Source of the DNA: an uncultured Erysipelotrichaceae bacterium
Lineage (GTDB): Bacteria; Bacillota_I; Bacilli_A; RF39; UBA660
NCBI GenBank assembly: GCA_902800945.1
Contig: CADCFX010000002.1
Location: forward strand, 682 to 64,681
Direction: 5' to 3'
Length of the DNA: 64,000 nucleotides
Shown here: in pieces, positions 1-9,785 of the stretch
Numbering within the stretch: position 1 is the stretch's first letter
Layout: each line of letters starts with the position of its first letter
Notes under the pieces: generated by a model
Database searches by the model: none
Told to the model about the DNA's origin: nothing
What the model saw: the letters and a program-made list of their open reading frames with translations, nothing else
Program-made: the position numbers and the translations under genes

Positions 1-30
1 ACCGTTATTCTACCATTGAACTATACCTCT
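1..30 (-). tRNA. 5' portion of a tRNA running off the window edge (possibly tRNA-Trp)
   Basis: The reverse complement reads AGAGGTA-TA-GTTC-AATGGTA-GAAT-A-ACGGT. This gives a 7-nt acceptor arm, U8/A9, a 4-bp D stem with loop, and the start of the anticodon stem. The A1 start and D arm resemble Firmicute tRNA-Trp. The anticodon lies outside the window. Confidence 0.45.
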
Positions 31-93
31 ATGCACAAGAACAAACTAATTATATCATAAATTTTATATTTATCAAACTTTTTATCAACATTT

Positions 94-118
94 AAAAAAG
101 GAATATAAAATATTCCTT
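94..118 (-). terminator. intrinsic terminator downstream of the LRR protein gene
   Basis: An 8-bp stem AAGGAATA/TATTCCTT with a 5-nt loop is followed on the minus strand by a U-run. Confidence 0.5.
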
Positions 119-126
119 CTTATAAA

Positions 127-1866
127 CTAATTAGAATCTATAATTACTTTTTTATCAAAAGCAAATGTTATTAAATAAGTATAAATCTTTGTAACCTTAT
201 CCATTAATGACTTATATTCTGCAACAGTAATAGTCTTATTACTAGCATCTCTATTAAGACTATTACGTATTTTATTAAATTCCATACCCAAATCATCTTT
301 AGACTTAGTTACTCTTATATAGCCCCCACCATCTATTACTTTCTTTTTGAACGGTGTAACTATATCTCCAAGTCTTTGTTCTATAGCAGACATATCATCT
401 ACCATAAGCCTTTCCAATAACATTCTCTCCAATTCATAAACTTGATCTCTCAAGACAGCTGCAGAAGACTCGGCCGCATCTATCATCTTATCAAGAACCT
501 TTATGTTACTAGAAGTTCTCATGGTTTGCTTTCCATTTCTTATTTTATCTTCAAGATTCTTTTTCCTTTTTCTAAGATTATTAACAGAATCATTAAAATT
601 ATCCATATTTATCTGCAAAGAACTAAGATTAGCAATAATATTTTCAACAACATTTCTATCATCTACTAATATTTCCTCAATCTTTGCATTCTTCATATTA
701 TGTAGTCTTTTAACTGCTTTTTTACTATAACTCTCTCTATCTTCGTATAGCATTGATTCAGTTGGATTATCATTCTTATTGTATAACATCTTATGATTAT
801 ATAAGAAATCTTCTATCCCATTATACATAAATACTGTAGATAACTTACCAGTTTTTTTGTAGATGCTATAATCCCACGCTATATCAAAATAATAGTCCCC
901 TTTCTTACAAGGTATTTTAACTATTTCATAATCAGAACTAGGTATTTTGAAAGTGCCTAATTGAGAAGTATTAAACTTTAATCTTGGTAATACATTTATA
1001 TCAAATGACTCAATTCCTGCTACTCTAAGAATAAACTGTAAACACTTAGCTATAGTAGGAATACTAGCAACCTTATTCTTAAGAGCATTAACGATCCCCT
1101 CATTAGCCATTCTATCTCTAATATCTTCTACCTTAATATTCTTTAAAATCCAAGTATATATTACAAAGACTTTCATAGCTTTTGTATCACGTGGTTTAAT
1201 TATTGTATTAACTATAGATTTTGCATAACCATAAGCTGCATCCATCTCGCCAGAAGAATATGTCAAATCAACCTGTTGAACAAATGCAATCTTTTCATGC
1301 CATTCAAAATTATTATATCTATCCTCAAACCCTTTTATACTTTTACATGAATCTATAAAATACAAAGCATCAAGTTCAACAGAACAATCTTCATTAATAT
1401 TAGACATAGCTTTAACTAAATTGGCTACATCAGAATAATTATTATTATCATAGAATTCAAATTTATTTAATTGACCTATCAATGAAGATTCAGAATCATA
1501 CAAGCCCTTAACTTCAACTAGGTTTTCATTAGAAATAATAGATAAAGTTTTAAGCTTAGTAAAATTAGACAAATCAATTTTGGTTAAATTAGGCTGTGCT
1601 TTAATAATTAGTGTCGTCAAATCCGGAAAGTTTCTTGCTATAAAATCAAAATTGTCATCATCTGTTCCAGGAAATCCATCAATAATCAAAGTCTTTAGAT
1701 TTCTAAAATATTGTAAATACTCTATTTCAACACAATTAAGATTAACATAATCAATTTTGTCCAACGCTTCTTGACTTACGCCTTCTGCACCTTCACCAAT
1801 ATTTGGAATTCTATCCTTAAGATAATTCAAAGTCACCTTTGGTAGATAAACAATAGTTCCTCTCAT
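127..1866 (-). CDS. leucine-rich-repeat protein with possible transglutaminase-like core and C-terminal coiled coil
   Basis: 579-aa ORF with RBS AGGAGAG and an extended -10 (TGTTATAAT) upstream. The N-terminus has LxxLxL repeats (LKTLIIDG, LTTLIIKAQPNLTKIDLSNFTKLKTLSII). The middle has a KCLQFILRVAGIES...YYFDIAWD pattern resembling a transglutaminase Cys core (weak). The C-terminus is heptad-rich. Confidence 0.55.
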   Translation of the reverse strand: MRGTIVYLPKVTLNYLKDRIPNIGEGAEGVSQEALDKIDYVNLNCVEIEYLQYFRNLKTLIIDGFPGTDDDNFDFIARNFPDLTTLIIKAQPNLTKIDLSNFTKLKTLSIISNENLVEVKGLYDSESSLIGQLNKFEFYDNNNYSDVANLVKAMSNINEDCSVELDALYFIDSCKSIKGFEDRYNNFEWHEKIAFVQQVDLTYSSGEMDAAYGYAKSIVNTIIKPRDTKAMKVFVIYTWILKNIKVEDIRDRMANEGIVNALKNKVASIPTIAKCLQFILRVAGIESFDINVLPRLKFNTSQLGTFKIPSSDYEIVKIPCKKGDYYFDIAWDYSIYKKTGKLSTVFMYNGIEDFLYNHKMLYNKNDNPTESMLYEDRESYSKKAVKRLHNMKNAKIEEILVDDRNVVENIIANLSSLQINMDNFNDSVNNLRKRKKNLEDKIRNGKQTMRTSSNIKVLDKMIDAAESSAAVLRDQVYELERMLLERLMVDDMSAIEQRLGDIVTPFKKKVIDGGGYIRVTKSKDDLGMEFNKIRNSLNRDASNKTITVAEYKSLMDKVTKIYTYLITFAFDKKVIIDSN

Positions 1867-1925
1867 AGCTACACTCTCCTATGCTAATATAGAAATATTA
1901 TAACACAATTCTTATCTTTTATAAA

Positions 1926-3227
1926 TTATTTTTTCACTTTGGCATATAAATCATAATCATCACTATCATAAATTATTACATCAATATATTCATTTAATAC
2001 TATAGAAGGATCATAATCCACATATATTACACCATCTTCTGATGGTACATCCATATAACTTCTTCCAATAAAATACTGCCCGTTATCACTTATATTTTCA
2101 ATTATTACTTCATAACTTTTTCCTATCTTTTCCTTCATTTTTTTTCTTGATATTTCCTGTTGCAAAATCATTATTTTGTTTTTTCTCTCCTCTTTGATAT
2201 CATCTGCTACCTGTTCCTTTATTCTGCTCGCTGCCGTTCCCTCTTCACTTGAATAAGCAAAAGCACCCAATCTATCAAATTTACTATCCTTTACAAAACT
2301 ATACAGCTCCTCAAACTCTTCTTCTTTTTCTGTAGGAAAACCAACAATAAGAGTTGTTCTAATTATAACCCCAGGTATCTCTTTTCTAATTTTCTTTATT
2401 AATTCTTTAATACTTTCTCCACTACTTTTCCTATTCATTAAACTTAATATTCTGTTATTTATATGTTGAATAGGTATATCAAAGTACTTGCATATTTTTT
2501 TATTATTCTTTACCATCTGAATTAATTCTTCATTTATCATCTCTGGATAAGAATATAAAAATCTGATCCATTTAATCCCCTCTATTTTCGAAATATCTTC
2601 TAACAACTCTGCTAACCTAGGTTTTCCATACAAATCTACACCATATTTAGTAGTATCTTGAGCTATTATTACAATTTCACTATATCCTTTTTCCGCTAGT
2701 TCTTTAGCTTCAAGGACAATATCATCATAATCCCTAGAAATATACTTACCTTGTATATAAGGGATAGCACAAAAAGTACAATAATTACTACACCCCTCGG
2801 CAATTTTTAAATACGCCATAGTTTCTCCAGTAGATATCATCCTATTATGATAATCCAATTTATCAACACTTTGTTTATTATTAATCAATAAACTTAATTG
2901 CTTCCATAAATCATCATAATTCCTAATAGGGATAAATAAATCTACCTCTGGCAATTCTTTTTCTAGTTCTTCTTTATATCGCTCTACTAAACAGCCAGTA
3001 ACTATCAAATACTTACAATTCTTCTTTTTATAATCACTCATTTCAAGGATAGTATCAATCCCCTCGCTTTTAGCAGCATCTATAAAGCCACAAGTATTAA
3101 TAACTATAACATCTGCTTCCTCTGCATTACTAACAATTTCATAATTATGTTTTTTAAATAATCCTATCATTTCTTCTGTTACTACCAAGTTTTTAGAACA
3201 TCCCAAAGATATAAATGCTATTTTCAT
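1926..3227 (-). CDS. rimO: ribosomal protein S12 methylthiotransferase RimO (radical SAM, TRAM domain)
   Basis: MKIAFISLGCSKNLV N-terminus and a CSNYCTFCAIP radical-SAM cluster motif. The ATG at 3227 is preferred over the upstream TTG because GAAGGTGA lies 5 nt upstream. Confidence 0.85.
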   Translation of the reverse strand: MKIAFISLGCSKNLVVTEEMIGLFKKHNYEIVSNAEEADVIVINTCGFIDAAKSEGIDTILEMSDYKKKNCKYLIVTGCLVERYKEELEKELPEVDLFIPIRNYDDLWKQLSLLINNKQSVDKLDYHNRMISTGETMAYLKIAEGCSNYCTFCAIPYIQGKYISRDYDDIVLEAKELAEKGYSEIVIIAQDTTKYGVDLYGKPRLAELLEDISKIEGIKWIRFLYSYPEMINEELIQMVKNNKKICKYFDIPIQHINNRILSLMNRKSSGESIKELIKKIRKEIPGVIIRTTLIVGFPTEKEEEFEELYSFVKDSKFDRLGAFAYSSEEGTAASRIKEQVADDIKEERKNKIMILQQEISRKKMKEKIGKSYEVIIENISDNGQYFIGRSYMDVPSEDGVIYVDYDPSIVLNEYIDVIIYDSDDYDLYAKVKK

Positions 3228-3283
3228 ATATTCACCTTCCAAAATCCTATATATTATATCATACTGCCAAAAGAAAACTGAAT

Positions 3284-4423
3284 CTAAGATTCAGTTTCTG
3301 GTCTACCTGTTAAAGTTATTTTTGTAGTCTGAGTTTTATTATTTCTAACATAAGTAATCTTAATAGTATCTCCAATACTATGTTTATACAATTTATACCT
3401 TAAAGTAGCCGTATCCTTAATATTATCATTATCTAATCCAACAATAGTATCTCCTGGCTTAAGCCCGCCTTTATCAGCAGGAGACCCCTCAACAATCTCA
3501 CTAATTCCTACTCCATCAGTTAAATTAGTAGAAGAATTCTTAAATGCATAAGCATAATAAGTATTTGAGACATCATACATTGCTACTCCTAAATAAGGTC
3601 TATCAACAGACTCCCCACTAATAATCTTGTCTGCATAAACCGAAGCATCTTCAATTGGAATAGCAAATCCCATTCCTTCAACACCACTATTAACAAGCTT
3701 CATATTAGTAATACCAATAACTTCCCCATTACTATTACATAATGGTCCACCAGAGTTACCACTATTTATTGCAGCATCAGTTTGCAATACTTGCATTATC
3801 CAATCACTAGTTTGACTATTACTTACACTAACAGAAACTTCTCTATCCTTACCAGATAAAACTCCTCTAGTAACGGTCCAAGAATATACGCTACTATCTA
3901 ATGGTGCACCAATAGCAAACACTGTATCACCAACTCTAGCATTAACACTACTGCCAATACTCGATACCTTCAACTCTTTATCTGTTTTATAAGATAAAAC
4001 AGCTATATCAGCAAATTCATCTCCGCCTTCAACTTTAACCTCTTGTTCATCACCATTAGTAAATACGATCTTTATCTGATCACCACTCTCAACAACATGA
4101 TGATTTGTAAGAATATAATACACTCCATTAGCATGTTTATATATAAAACCAGTTCCTGTTGCTAAAGCCCTTCCTTTTGCAAATGTTTCAACTATTACAA
4201 CTGAATCATATACTTTTTCTACCGCATCTCCAATACCATTATCAACAACTGTAACTTCTTTTTCTGTCTTAGTAACATTAGTTATAGTTTTTTTAGCAAA
4301 TCCCGGTATATATAAAATCGCCAAATACATACACAAAGCTCCTATTAATACCGCTATTACTATCCCTGCAATATATTTAATTGTTCCATTACTATTATCA
4401 ATTTTAGCTTCTTTAATTTCCAC
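3284..4423 (-). CDS. htrA: HtrA/DegP-family serine protease with N-terminal TM anchor and PDZ domain
   Basis: Trypsin-like motifs TNHHV and DAAINSGNSGGPL, with a C-terminal PDZ-like GLKPGDTIVGL. The GTG start has a GAGGT RBS and overlaps the upstream gene by 11 nt. Confidence 0.85.
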   Translation of the reverse strand: MEIKEAKIDNSNGTIKYIAGIVIAVLIGALCMYLAILYIPGFAKKTITNVTKTEKEVTVVDNGIGDAVEKVYDSVVIVETFAKGRALATGTGFIYKHANGVYYILTNHHVVESGDQIKIVFTNGDEQEVKVEGGDEFADIAVLSYKTDKELKVSSIGSSVNARVGDTVFAIGAPLDSSVYSWTVTRGVLSGKDREVSVSVSNSQTSDWIMQVLQTDAAINSGNSGGPLCNSNGEVIGITNMKLVNSGVEGMGFAIPIEDASVYADKIISGESVDRPYLGVAMYDVSNTYYAYAFKNSSTNLTDGVGISEIVEGSPADKGGLKPGDTIVGLDNDNIKDTATLRYKLYKHSIGDTIKITYVRNNKTQTTKITLTGRPETES

Positions 4424-5354
4424 GTCTATCTAACCTCGCAATCTCTTTATAATTCATTGGAAAACCTATTCTATCCAAAATCTTATCTATTCCAATAGTA
4501 TTAATTTTACCATCTAATATATCTATCTCATATGCTAATTCATTTATAAGCATCGTAAAATCTTCTTCTCTTAATAGTTTTTTCAAAATAATTATCAATG
4601 AGAACAAATCATCCTTACCATAAATATATTCTTCATCAATTTTAGGAATACCCAAAGCTGCATGAAACGGTGTATCATTAATTTTCTTTTGCATTTTATG
4701 ATCATATAATATATCTTCATGAGCACATAGGTTTCTACAATTTGCTAGTATAGGAAAATATGTTAACAAATCATCAATATCAACATCATATTCATCTGCA
4801 ATCTCCTTTTTATCCTCATACTTTAAAACAGTATACAATTCACTAATCAGGCCAAAAGATAACACTTTAACAACTACCCAAAAAGGAATATAACCATAGT
4901 TTTCTAAATAGTGTACTGTTGCGGAATGTTGCCCCCCATTAATTCTTATTTGTCTTTTAATCTTTTTTAATAAATCATTTACTTGCCTAGATCTATCCCC
5001 AGATCTATCAAAATTAGAAGGATTCAAATATGATTTTTCTTTAATACCATATTTTTTTGATATCTGATAAGCAAGAATACTCTTTAAGTTGTTTTCAACA
5101 ATAAGTAAGTTTTTAAAAATAATATTTCTTATCTGTCTGTCAAAATTAAATAAAGCATATAATTCTCTAAAATCAGTCCCTGGAATATACATTCTATCCT
5201 TAGGAGACTTAAGAAAAACATGCCGGTAACCACTTATAAAAAAATAATTTTCTCTTAATAATACATCTTTAGTATAATTGTATTCGCTAATTGTTAAGCC
5301 TTTACTTTTTAGTATTTCAATTTGTTCGTCGATCGTTTTAAATGTCTTTATCAC
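4413..5354 (-). CDS. Abi_2 (AbiD/AbiF-like) abortive-infection family protein
   Basis: The N-terminus FKTIDEQIEILKSKGLTI...LLRENYFFISGYRHVF...FDRQIRNI matches the characteristic Abi-like family pattern. GTG start, with TGTTATAAT upstream. Confidence 0.75.
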   Translation of the reverse strand: MIKTFKTIDEQIEILKSKGLTISEYNYTKDVLLRENYFFISGYRHVFLKSPKDRMYIPGTDFRELYALFNFDRQIRNIIFKNLLIVENNLKSILAYQISKKYGIKEKSYLNPSNFDRSGDRSRQVNDLLKKIKRQIRINGGQHSATVHYLENYGYIPFWVVVKVLSFGLISELYTVLKYEDKKEIADEYDVDIDDLLTYFPILANCRNLCAHEDILYDHKMQKKINDTPFHAALGIPKIDEEYIYGKDDLFSLIIILKKLLREEDFTMLINELAYEIDILDGKINTIGIDKILDRIGFPMNYKEIARLDRRGN

Positions 5355-5465
5355 AACTGCATCACCCTAAATATATACCATTATAACACATCTCCCATTT
5401 CATTTAAATAATATATTTATATTATGGCTATTATGTTATAATAGTGTGAAAAGTAGGTGAAATAA

Positions 5466-6458
5466 ATGCCGGCACTAATTACTCACGACATATTTGCCAA
5501 AGAAGTATATGAAAGATTAGATGAAAACATTAAAAGAAAAATAAATCACGAAAAACTCATATATCAAACTTTTGCTCAAAGTCACGACTATTTATTCTAT
5601 TATAAATCTTTCAGCTTTAAACAAACCAAAAGAATTAATTATTTAGGCAAAATAGCTCACAGAAGAAAAACACAAGAATACTTTTTAAACATTATTAAAA
5701 CAATAAAAAAATATCATTTAGAAAACTATCAACCAGACATAGCTTACTTATTTGGTAGCATTACCCACTACGTATTAGATTCAACATGCCATCCATTAAT
5801 TTTTTATAAAACCGGCATCTATAACCCTAAAGATAAGAGCACCTACAAATACAGGGGATTGCACTCTTTAATGGAAAGAAGCATTGATTCTTATTATTAT
5901 AAAAAATATTATAAAAAGGATTTTAGCACATGTAATATTTCTAAAGACATCATAATGAAACCAAAACTATCTATAGATTTAATCACTCTTATTAATATGG
6001 TATATGAAGAAACATATCAGATTAAAAATGTAGGTTTATATTACAAAAGAGGAATTAAAAATGCCAAAGCACTGTATAGAGTATTTATTAATGATAAAAA
6101 AGGAAGAAAAGAAAAAATATATAAATGTATTGATAAAATATCACATAATAGATTCGGATACTTACAATGTTATTCAACAAGTATACAATGTGAAAAAAAA
6201 TATTTAAACGAAGAACACAACGTATGGAATCATCCAAGTATACAAGAAAAGACTTATACTTATTCGTTTGATGATCTATTTAATCTGAGTATTAATAAGT
6301 GTATAAAAATAATAAACGCCATATACGAAGTACTGTATAACAATAAGGATATTAATAGTTTAATAGAAATTATTCCTAATATTTCTTATGGTACCGGATT
6401 ATGTCTAGATAAAAATAAACCTAATAGTAATAGAAAAATGCAATATTTTGAATTTTAA
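5466..6458 (+). CDS. zinc-dependent phospholipase C / S1-P1 nuclease-like family protein
   Basis: MPALITHDIF N-terminus plus spaced His/Asp motifs (QSHDY, GSITHYVLDSTCHP, GLHSLMERSID). RBS AGGTGA. This is the only plus-strand gene in the left arm. Confidence 0.45.
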   Translation: MPALITHDIFAKEVYERLDENIKRKINHEKLIYQTFAQSHDYLFYYKSFSFKQTKRINYLGKIAHRRKTQEYFLNIIKTIKKYHLENYQPDIAYLFGSITHYVLDSTCHPLIFYKTGIYNPKDKSTYKYRGLHSLMERSIDSYYYKKYYKKDFSTCNISKDIIMKPKLSIDLITLINMVYEETYQIKNVGLYYKRGIKNAKALYRVFINDKKGRKEKIYKCIDKISHNRFGYLQCYSTSIQCEKKYLNEEHNVWNHPSIQEKTYTYSFDDLFNLSINKCIKIINAIYEVLYNNKDINSLIEIIPNISYGTGLCLDKNKPNSNRKMQYFEF

Positions 6459-6466
6459 AAGGAAGC

Positions 6467-7198
6467 CTAGGCTTCCTTATTTAATTCTTCTATAAAATTA
6501 TCTCTTATATCCTTCTTCTCAATAGATAATATAACTTTATCAAACATCATATCATACTTTGAAAGATATTCTAAAACAGTGGAATATACCACTTTAACAT
6601 CCTTTATATCTCCACCTAAACATATTACCAACGTTTTAACCATATTAACTCTAGCACATTCCATAACATTTATTATACTATCTCTAATCTTATCATAATA
6701 AACATGCATTATATAATCTGCTAATACATTATACGATCTAGTAATTAAAACTTCATTCTTTTTTAATTTCTCTCCATCCATAATAGTTATTATCTTTTTA
6801 CGTAATCTAATACCATTACAATAATAAATATCATGTAGCTTTCTTTCCTTATTATCACAAATATCATAAGAGGCGGGGATTACTAAAGCATCAACTACCA
6901 TAGTAGTTACATCATCATCCCAGATTATTACTTTATCTTTGTATTCTTCAGCAACAGATGCCAAAGAAACTATATCATAACAATTTAATAGTTTTCTCCT
7001 TGCTAAAGAACTTTTCAGATATTGATTTTCTAAATCAATAATAGAATCATTCCACTTTAACGCCGACTTATTGTCAAATTGTTTCTTCCAAAAGTCAACC
7101 TTTTCATCATATGAAACACATTTTTTAGATTCTATTTTATTGATTGCTTCCACCAATTTATCCATCAAGTTTTCTTTATTCATACTATCACCAAACAT
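6467..7198 (-). CDS. hypothetical protein (weak, degenerate macro-domain-like pattern)
   Basis: 243-aa ORF. The VVDALVIPAS ... LITRSYNVLADYIMHV ... TLVICLGGD spacing recalls a macro domain, but the GGG and G-x-[FY]-G motifs are absent. Confidence 0.3.
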   Translation of the reverse strand: MFGDSMNKENLMDKLVEAINKIESKKCVSYDEKVDFWKKQFDNKSALKWNDSIIDLENQYLKSSLARRKLLNCYDIVSLASVAEEYKDKVIIWDDDVTTMVVDALVIPASYDICDNKERKLHDIYYCNGIRLRKKIITIMDGEKLKKNEVLITRSYNVLADYIMHVYYDKIRDSIINVMECARVNMVKTLVICLGGDIKDVKVVYSTVLEYLSKYDMMFDKVILSIEKKDIRDNFIEELNKEA

Positions 7199-7216
7199 TC
7201 TAGTAAAGACAAATTC

Positions 7217-8104
7217 TTATTGTATAACTACAGTTGTACCATTATACTTATAGTTTCCATCTTCCCCCATTACAAAAGTATGAGCAAAAACTAAATTATC
7301 AGCACTTTTTAATTCATAATAATAAATATTACTATCAGAAGAATGAAGATAATAATTATCATAACCATCATTAGGATTAACTACACTACTTCTAGTATCT
7401 TCCAAATATCCCTTATCATAAATAACAATTGTGTTATCTTTTTTTATAACTTTCAATATTTCAAATTTACTATTTAAACTTCCTGTTATATTATTGCTAT
7501 TAACAGCATTACCACAATTATATACCCCATCTATTAATATACATGTTTTAGTTGCACTTGGATTAAATGGCCCCGATACATCTATTGAATCATTATTAAA
7601 CAATTTATTATAAGTAGAAACCATTAAATCACTAGCTATTTTATTAATAGTACAGATATTTCCATAGCTAGATGTACCGGCACTAGATACTATAACATCA
7701 AGCCCAAAATTATCTCTACAAGTTAATGCTCCATAATATACTGGCTGTAACACTTCTGATTCAGCCAAATTATTATTAATAATATACTTATAAGTAACTC
7801 TCAATTTATCTTCATTACTAAATGTATCTAAATTAACGCCAAGAGAACTATAAAAAACATTATCCTTTGACAAATAATTATATAATTGAATAATTGTATC
7901 TGTATAATTAGAATCCCTTGTAATATCCTCTTCGGCTGGTTTTTCAACCTCAACAACTTCTTCTTCGCTTTTATTATCAAACTTTATACCTAATGTCTTG
8001 GAAGTACCAAAGGCTCCACCAACGATACCAATAATAAAAAACAATAGGAAAAAGAATACATACTTTCTCTTGCTAGTTGTCTTTTTAACAACCTTCTTCT
8101 CCAT
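7217..8104 (-). CDS. membrane-anchored hypothetical protein
   Basis: 295-aa ORF with a basic N-terminus followed by a single TM segment (YVFFFLLFFIIGIVGGAFG). The rest is predicted extracytoplasmic, with no recognisable motif. Confidence 0.5.
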   Translation of the reverse strand: MEKKVVKKTTSKRKYVFFFLLFFIIGIVGGAFGTSKTLGIKFDNKSEEEVVEVEKPAEEDITRDSNYTDTIIQLYNYLSKDNVFYSSLGVNLDTFSNEDKLRVTYKYIINNNLAESEVLQPVYYGALTCRDNFGLDVIVSSAGTSSYGNICTINKIASDLMVSTYNKLFNNDSIDVSGPFNPSATKTCILIDGVYNCGNAVNSNNITGSLNSKFEILKVIKKDNTIVIYDKGYLEDTRSSVVNPNDGYDNYYLHSSDSNIYYYELKSADNLVFAHTFVMGEDGNYKYNGTTVVIQ

Positions 8105-8219
8105 AACAAATCACTCCAGTATCTTAATTAATTATAAAGAATTATCCAAAATATATCAATACTATTAGCCATTTATTTAATTAAAAAAAGGAGATTTTAC
8201 ACCCCTTTCTTTTCTTGTA

Positions 8220-8669
8220 TCACATTTTTATCAAAGGACAATATTCGTCCAAACTTTTCCATAATAATCGACTTTCTTTAATAAAATCAATATTTCTTAA
8301 ATAACTTAATGGCAAGTCTCCCTTTTTACTATGCACTATTCTTAAATAAGAAACCTCGTCTTTTCCAACTTTATCTAATAAATAACCTTCTTCTCCCCTA
8401 GAACTCCATTCTTTTCTATCCTTTATATCAAATCTCAAAACCTCTAATTCATAAGGATCCTTATTCTCATATAATAGTTTCATCCATTCCGGAATACATT
8501 TAAAATCATCAGTAAAATAGATAGCTTTCAAACTATCCCCAACATATTTGCTTCTCTCCCCACATAACGGCTTTAACCCGTCTTGACATATATCCTTCAT
8601 AGCAAACGTGTTAGTAATATGATAAACAGGATGTGATACAGTAACAATACATTCCCTCGTTACCTCCAT
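8220..8669 (-). CDS. hypothetical protein
   Basis: 149-aa ORF with a terminator-like hairpin downstream. It has a VYHITN-x10-GL N-terminal motif (see findings). Confidence 0.5.
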   Translation of the reverse strand: MEVTRECIVTVSHPVYHITNTFAMKDICQDGLKPLCGERSKYVGDSLKAIYFTDDFKCIPEWMKLLYENKDPYELEVLRFDIKDRKEWSSRGEEGYLLDKVGKDEVSYLRIVHSKKGDLPLSYLRNIDFIKESRLLWKSLDEYCPLIKM

Positions 8670-8729
8670 AGCTATATACCCCCATCAAATATAAATTTCT
8701 TTGTATTGTAACATCTATTACTAACAATC

Positions 8730-9359
8730 TCAATTTTTGATATTTAAACATTCTTTCTGCTTTTTTATAAATTCTTTTTTATTCTTCAATAATAATCTCA
8801 TATCTACCAAGAACTTATCATAAATAGAATCTTTAAAATAGAACTTAGCATAACCATTAACTCCAAATTTATTATTTAATGCATCATAAGCCCTATTAAA
8901 CAATTCTTCATCACTAGCATTAGGATCTTTCTTTTTTCCGTAATAATACGATCTTTTTAAACATTGCTCAATTGAAGAATTACGAGAAGCAGAAGAAAGG
9001 ATTTTTCCATAAATATTACGAGGATCTCTTTTATTATTAGCTCTCTGATCCTCAATCGCCTCTTTTATCACTTCTCTTTCCGCATCAGAAAAAAATATTT
9101 TCAAAAAATAATCTTTGTACATTATTTCTGCGCTTATAAACTCATGTCCCTCTTCATTATTATTCTTTCTTATATCATGAAAACATATTACAGTATATAA
9201 TATATCTTCATTCACTTTTAGATCATTCTCTTTTATAATATGCTGACTTCGTTCTAAAACATATTCTACCCTATCTCTTCCATCTCCTATATAATTATTA
9301 TCATAAAGCGGAATTATCTCTTTTTCTATATATTCTTTTAACTGTTTACTTACATTCAT
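8730..9359 (-). CDS. HD-domain phosphohydrolase
   Basis: Contains H...HD (ERSQHII ... CFHDIRK). The start was moved to MNVSKQ, just after the ASCH stop. The start is uncertain. Confidence 0.6.
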   Translation of the reverse strand: MNVSKQLKEYIEKEIIPLYDNNYIGDGRDRVEYVLERSQHIIKENDLKVNEDILYTVICFHDIRKNNNEEGHEFISAEIMYKDYFLKIFFSDAEREVIKEAIEDQRANNKRDPRNIYGKILSSASRNSSIEQCLKRSYYYGKKKDPNASDEELFNRAYDALNNKFGVNGYAKFYFKDSIYDKFLVDMRLLLKNKKEFIKKQKECLNIKN

Positions 9360-9366
9360 AAACTTC

Positions 9367-9765
9367 TCACTTTTCATCTTCATAATCATAATTCCACAAA
9401 CCAAGTTTACCATTTATATAAATTGGTTTTATTTTTTTCACATTTTCTATTTTAAACCCATATCCTTCCCAATCATTCTTTTCTATAATGCCTTTATATA
9501 CCAGAGGATTAGTGGGACCGACTCTTTTAACAAACTCTTCATCTACGTATTCTGTATCTGTAATCTGAGCCTTAGCAATAATACATCCCAAAGGATATTC
9601 AAAATTATATACTTTAAATCTCTCTAAAGCCTTTTTATCAACCGTCTTACCAGCATGTATTAAAATATCCCCTCTATATTTTGTATTCCATGTTCTAAAC
9701 TCGTATTTTTTTAACCCCTCTGCTATTAATGTTGCATAAGGCTGTTTAATTGTTATTACTTTCAT
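9367..9765 (-). CDS. ASCH (PUA-like) domain protein
   Basis: MKVITIKQPYATLIAEGLKKYEFRTW is a typical ASCH N-terminus. 132 aa. Confidence 0.6.
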   Translation of the reverse strand: MKVITIKQPYATLIAEGLKKYEFRTWNTKYRGDILIHAGKTVDKKALERFKVYNFEYPLGCIIAKAQITDTEYVDEEFVKRVGPTNPLVYKGIIEKNDWEGYGFKIENVKKIKPIYINGKLGLWNYDYEDEK

Positions 9766-9785
9766 ACTAATTCACCATCCATTTA

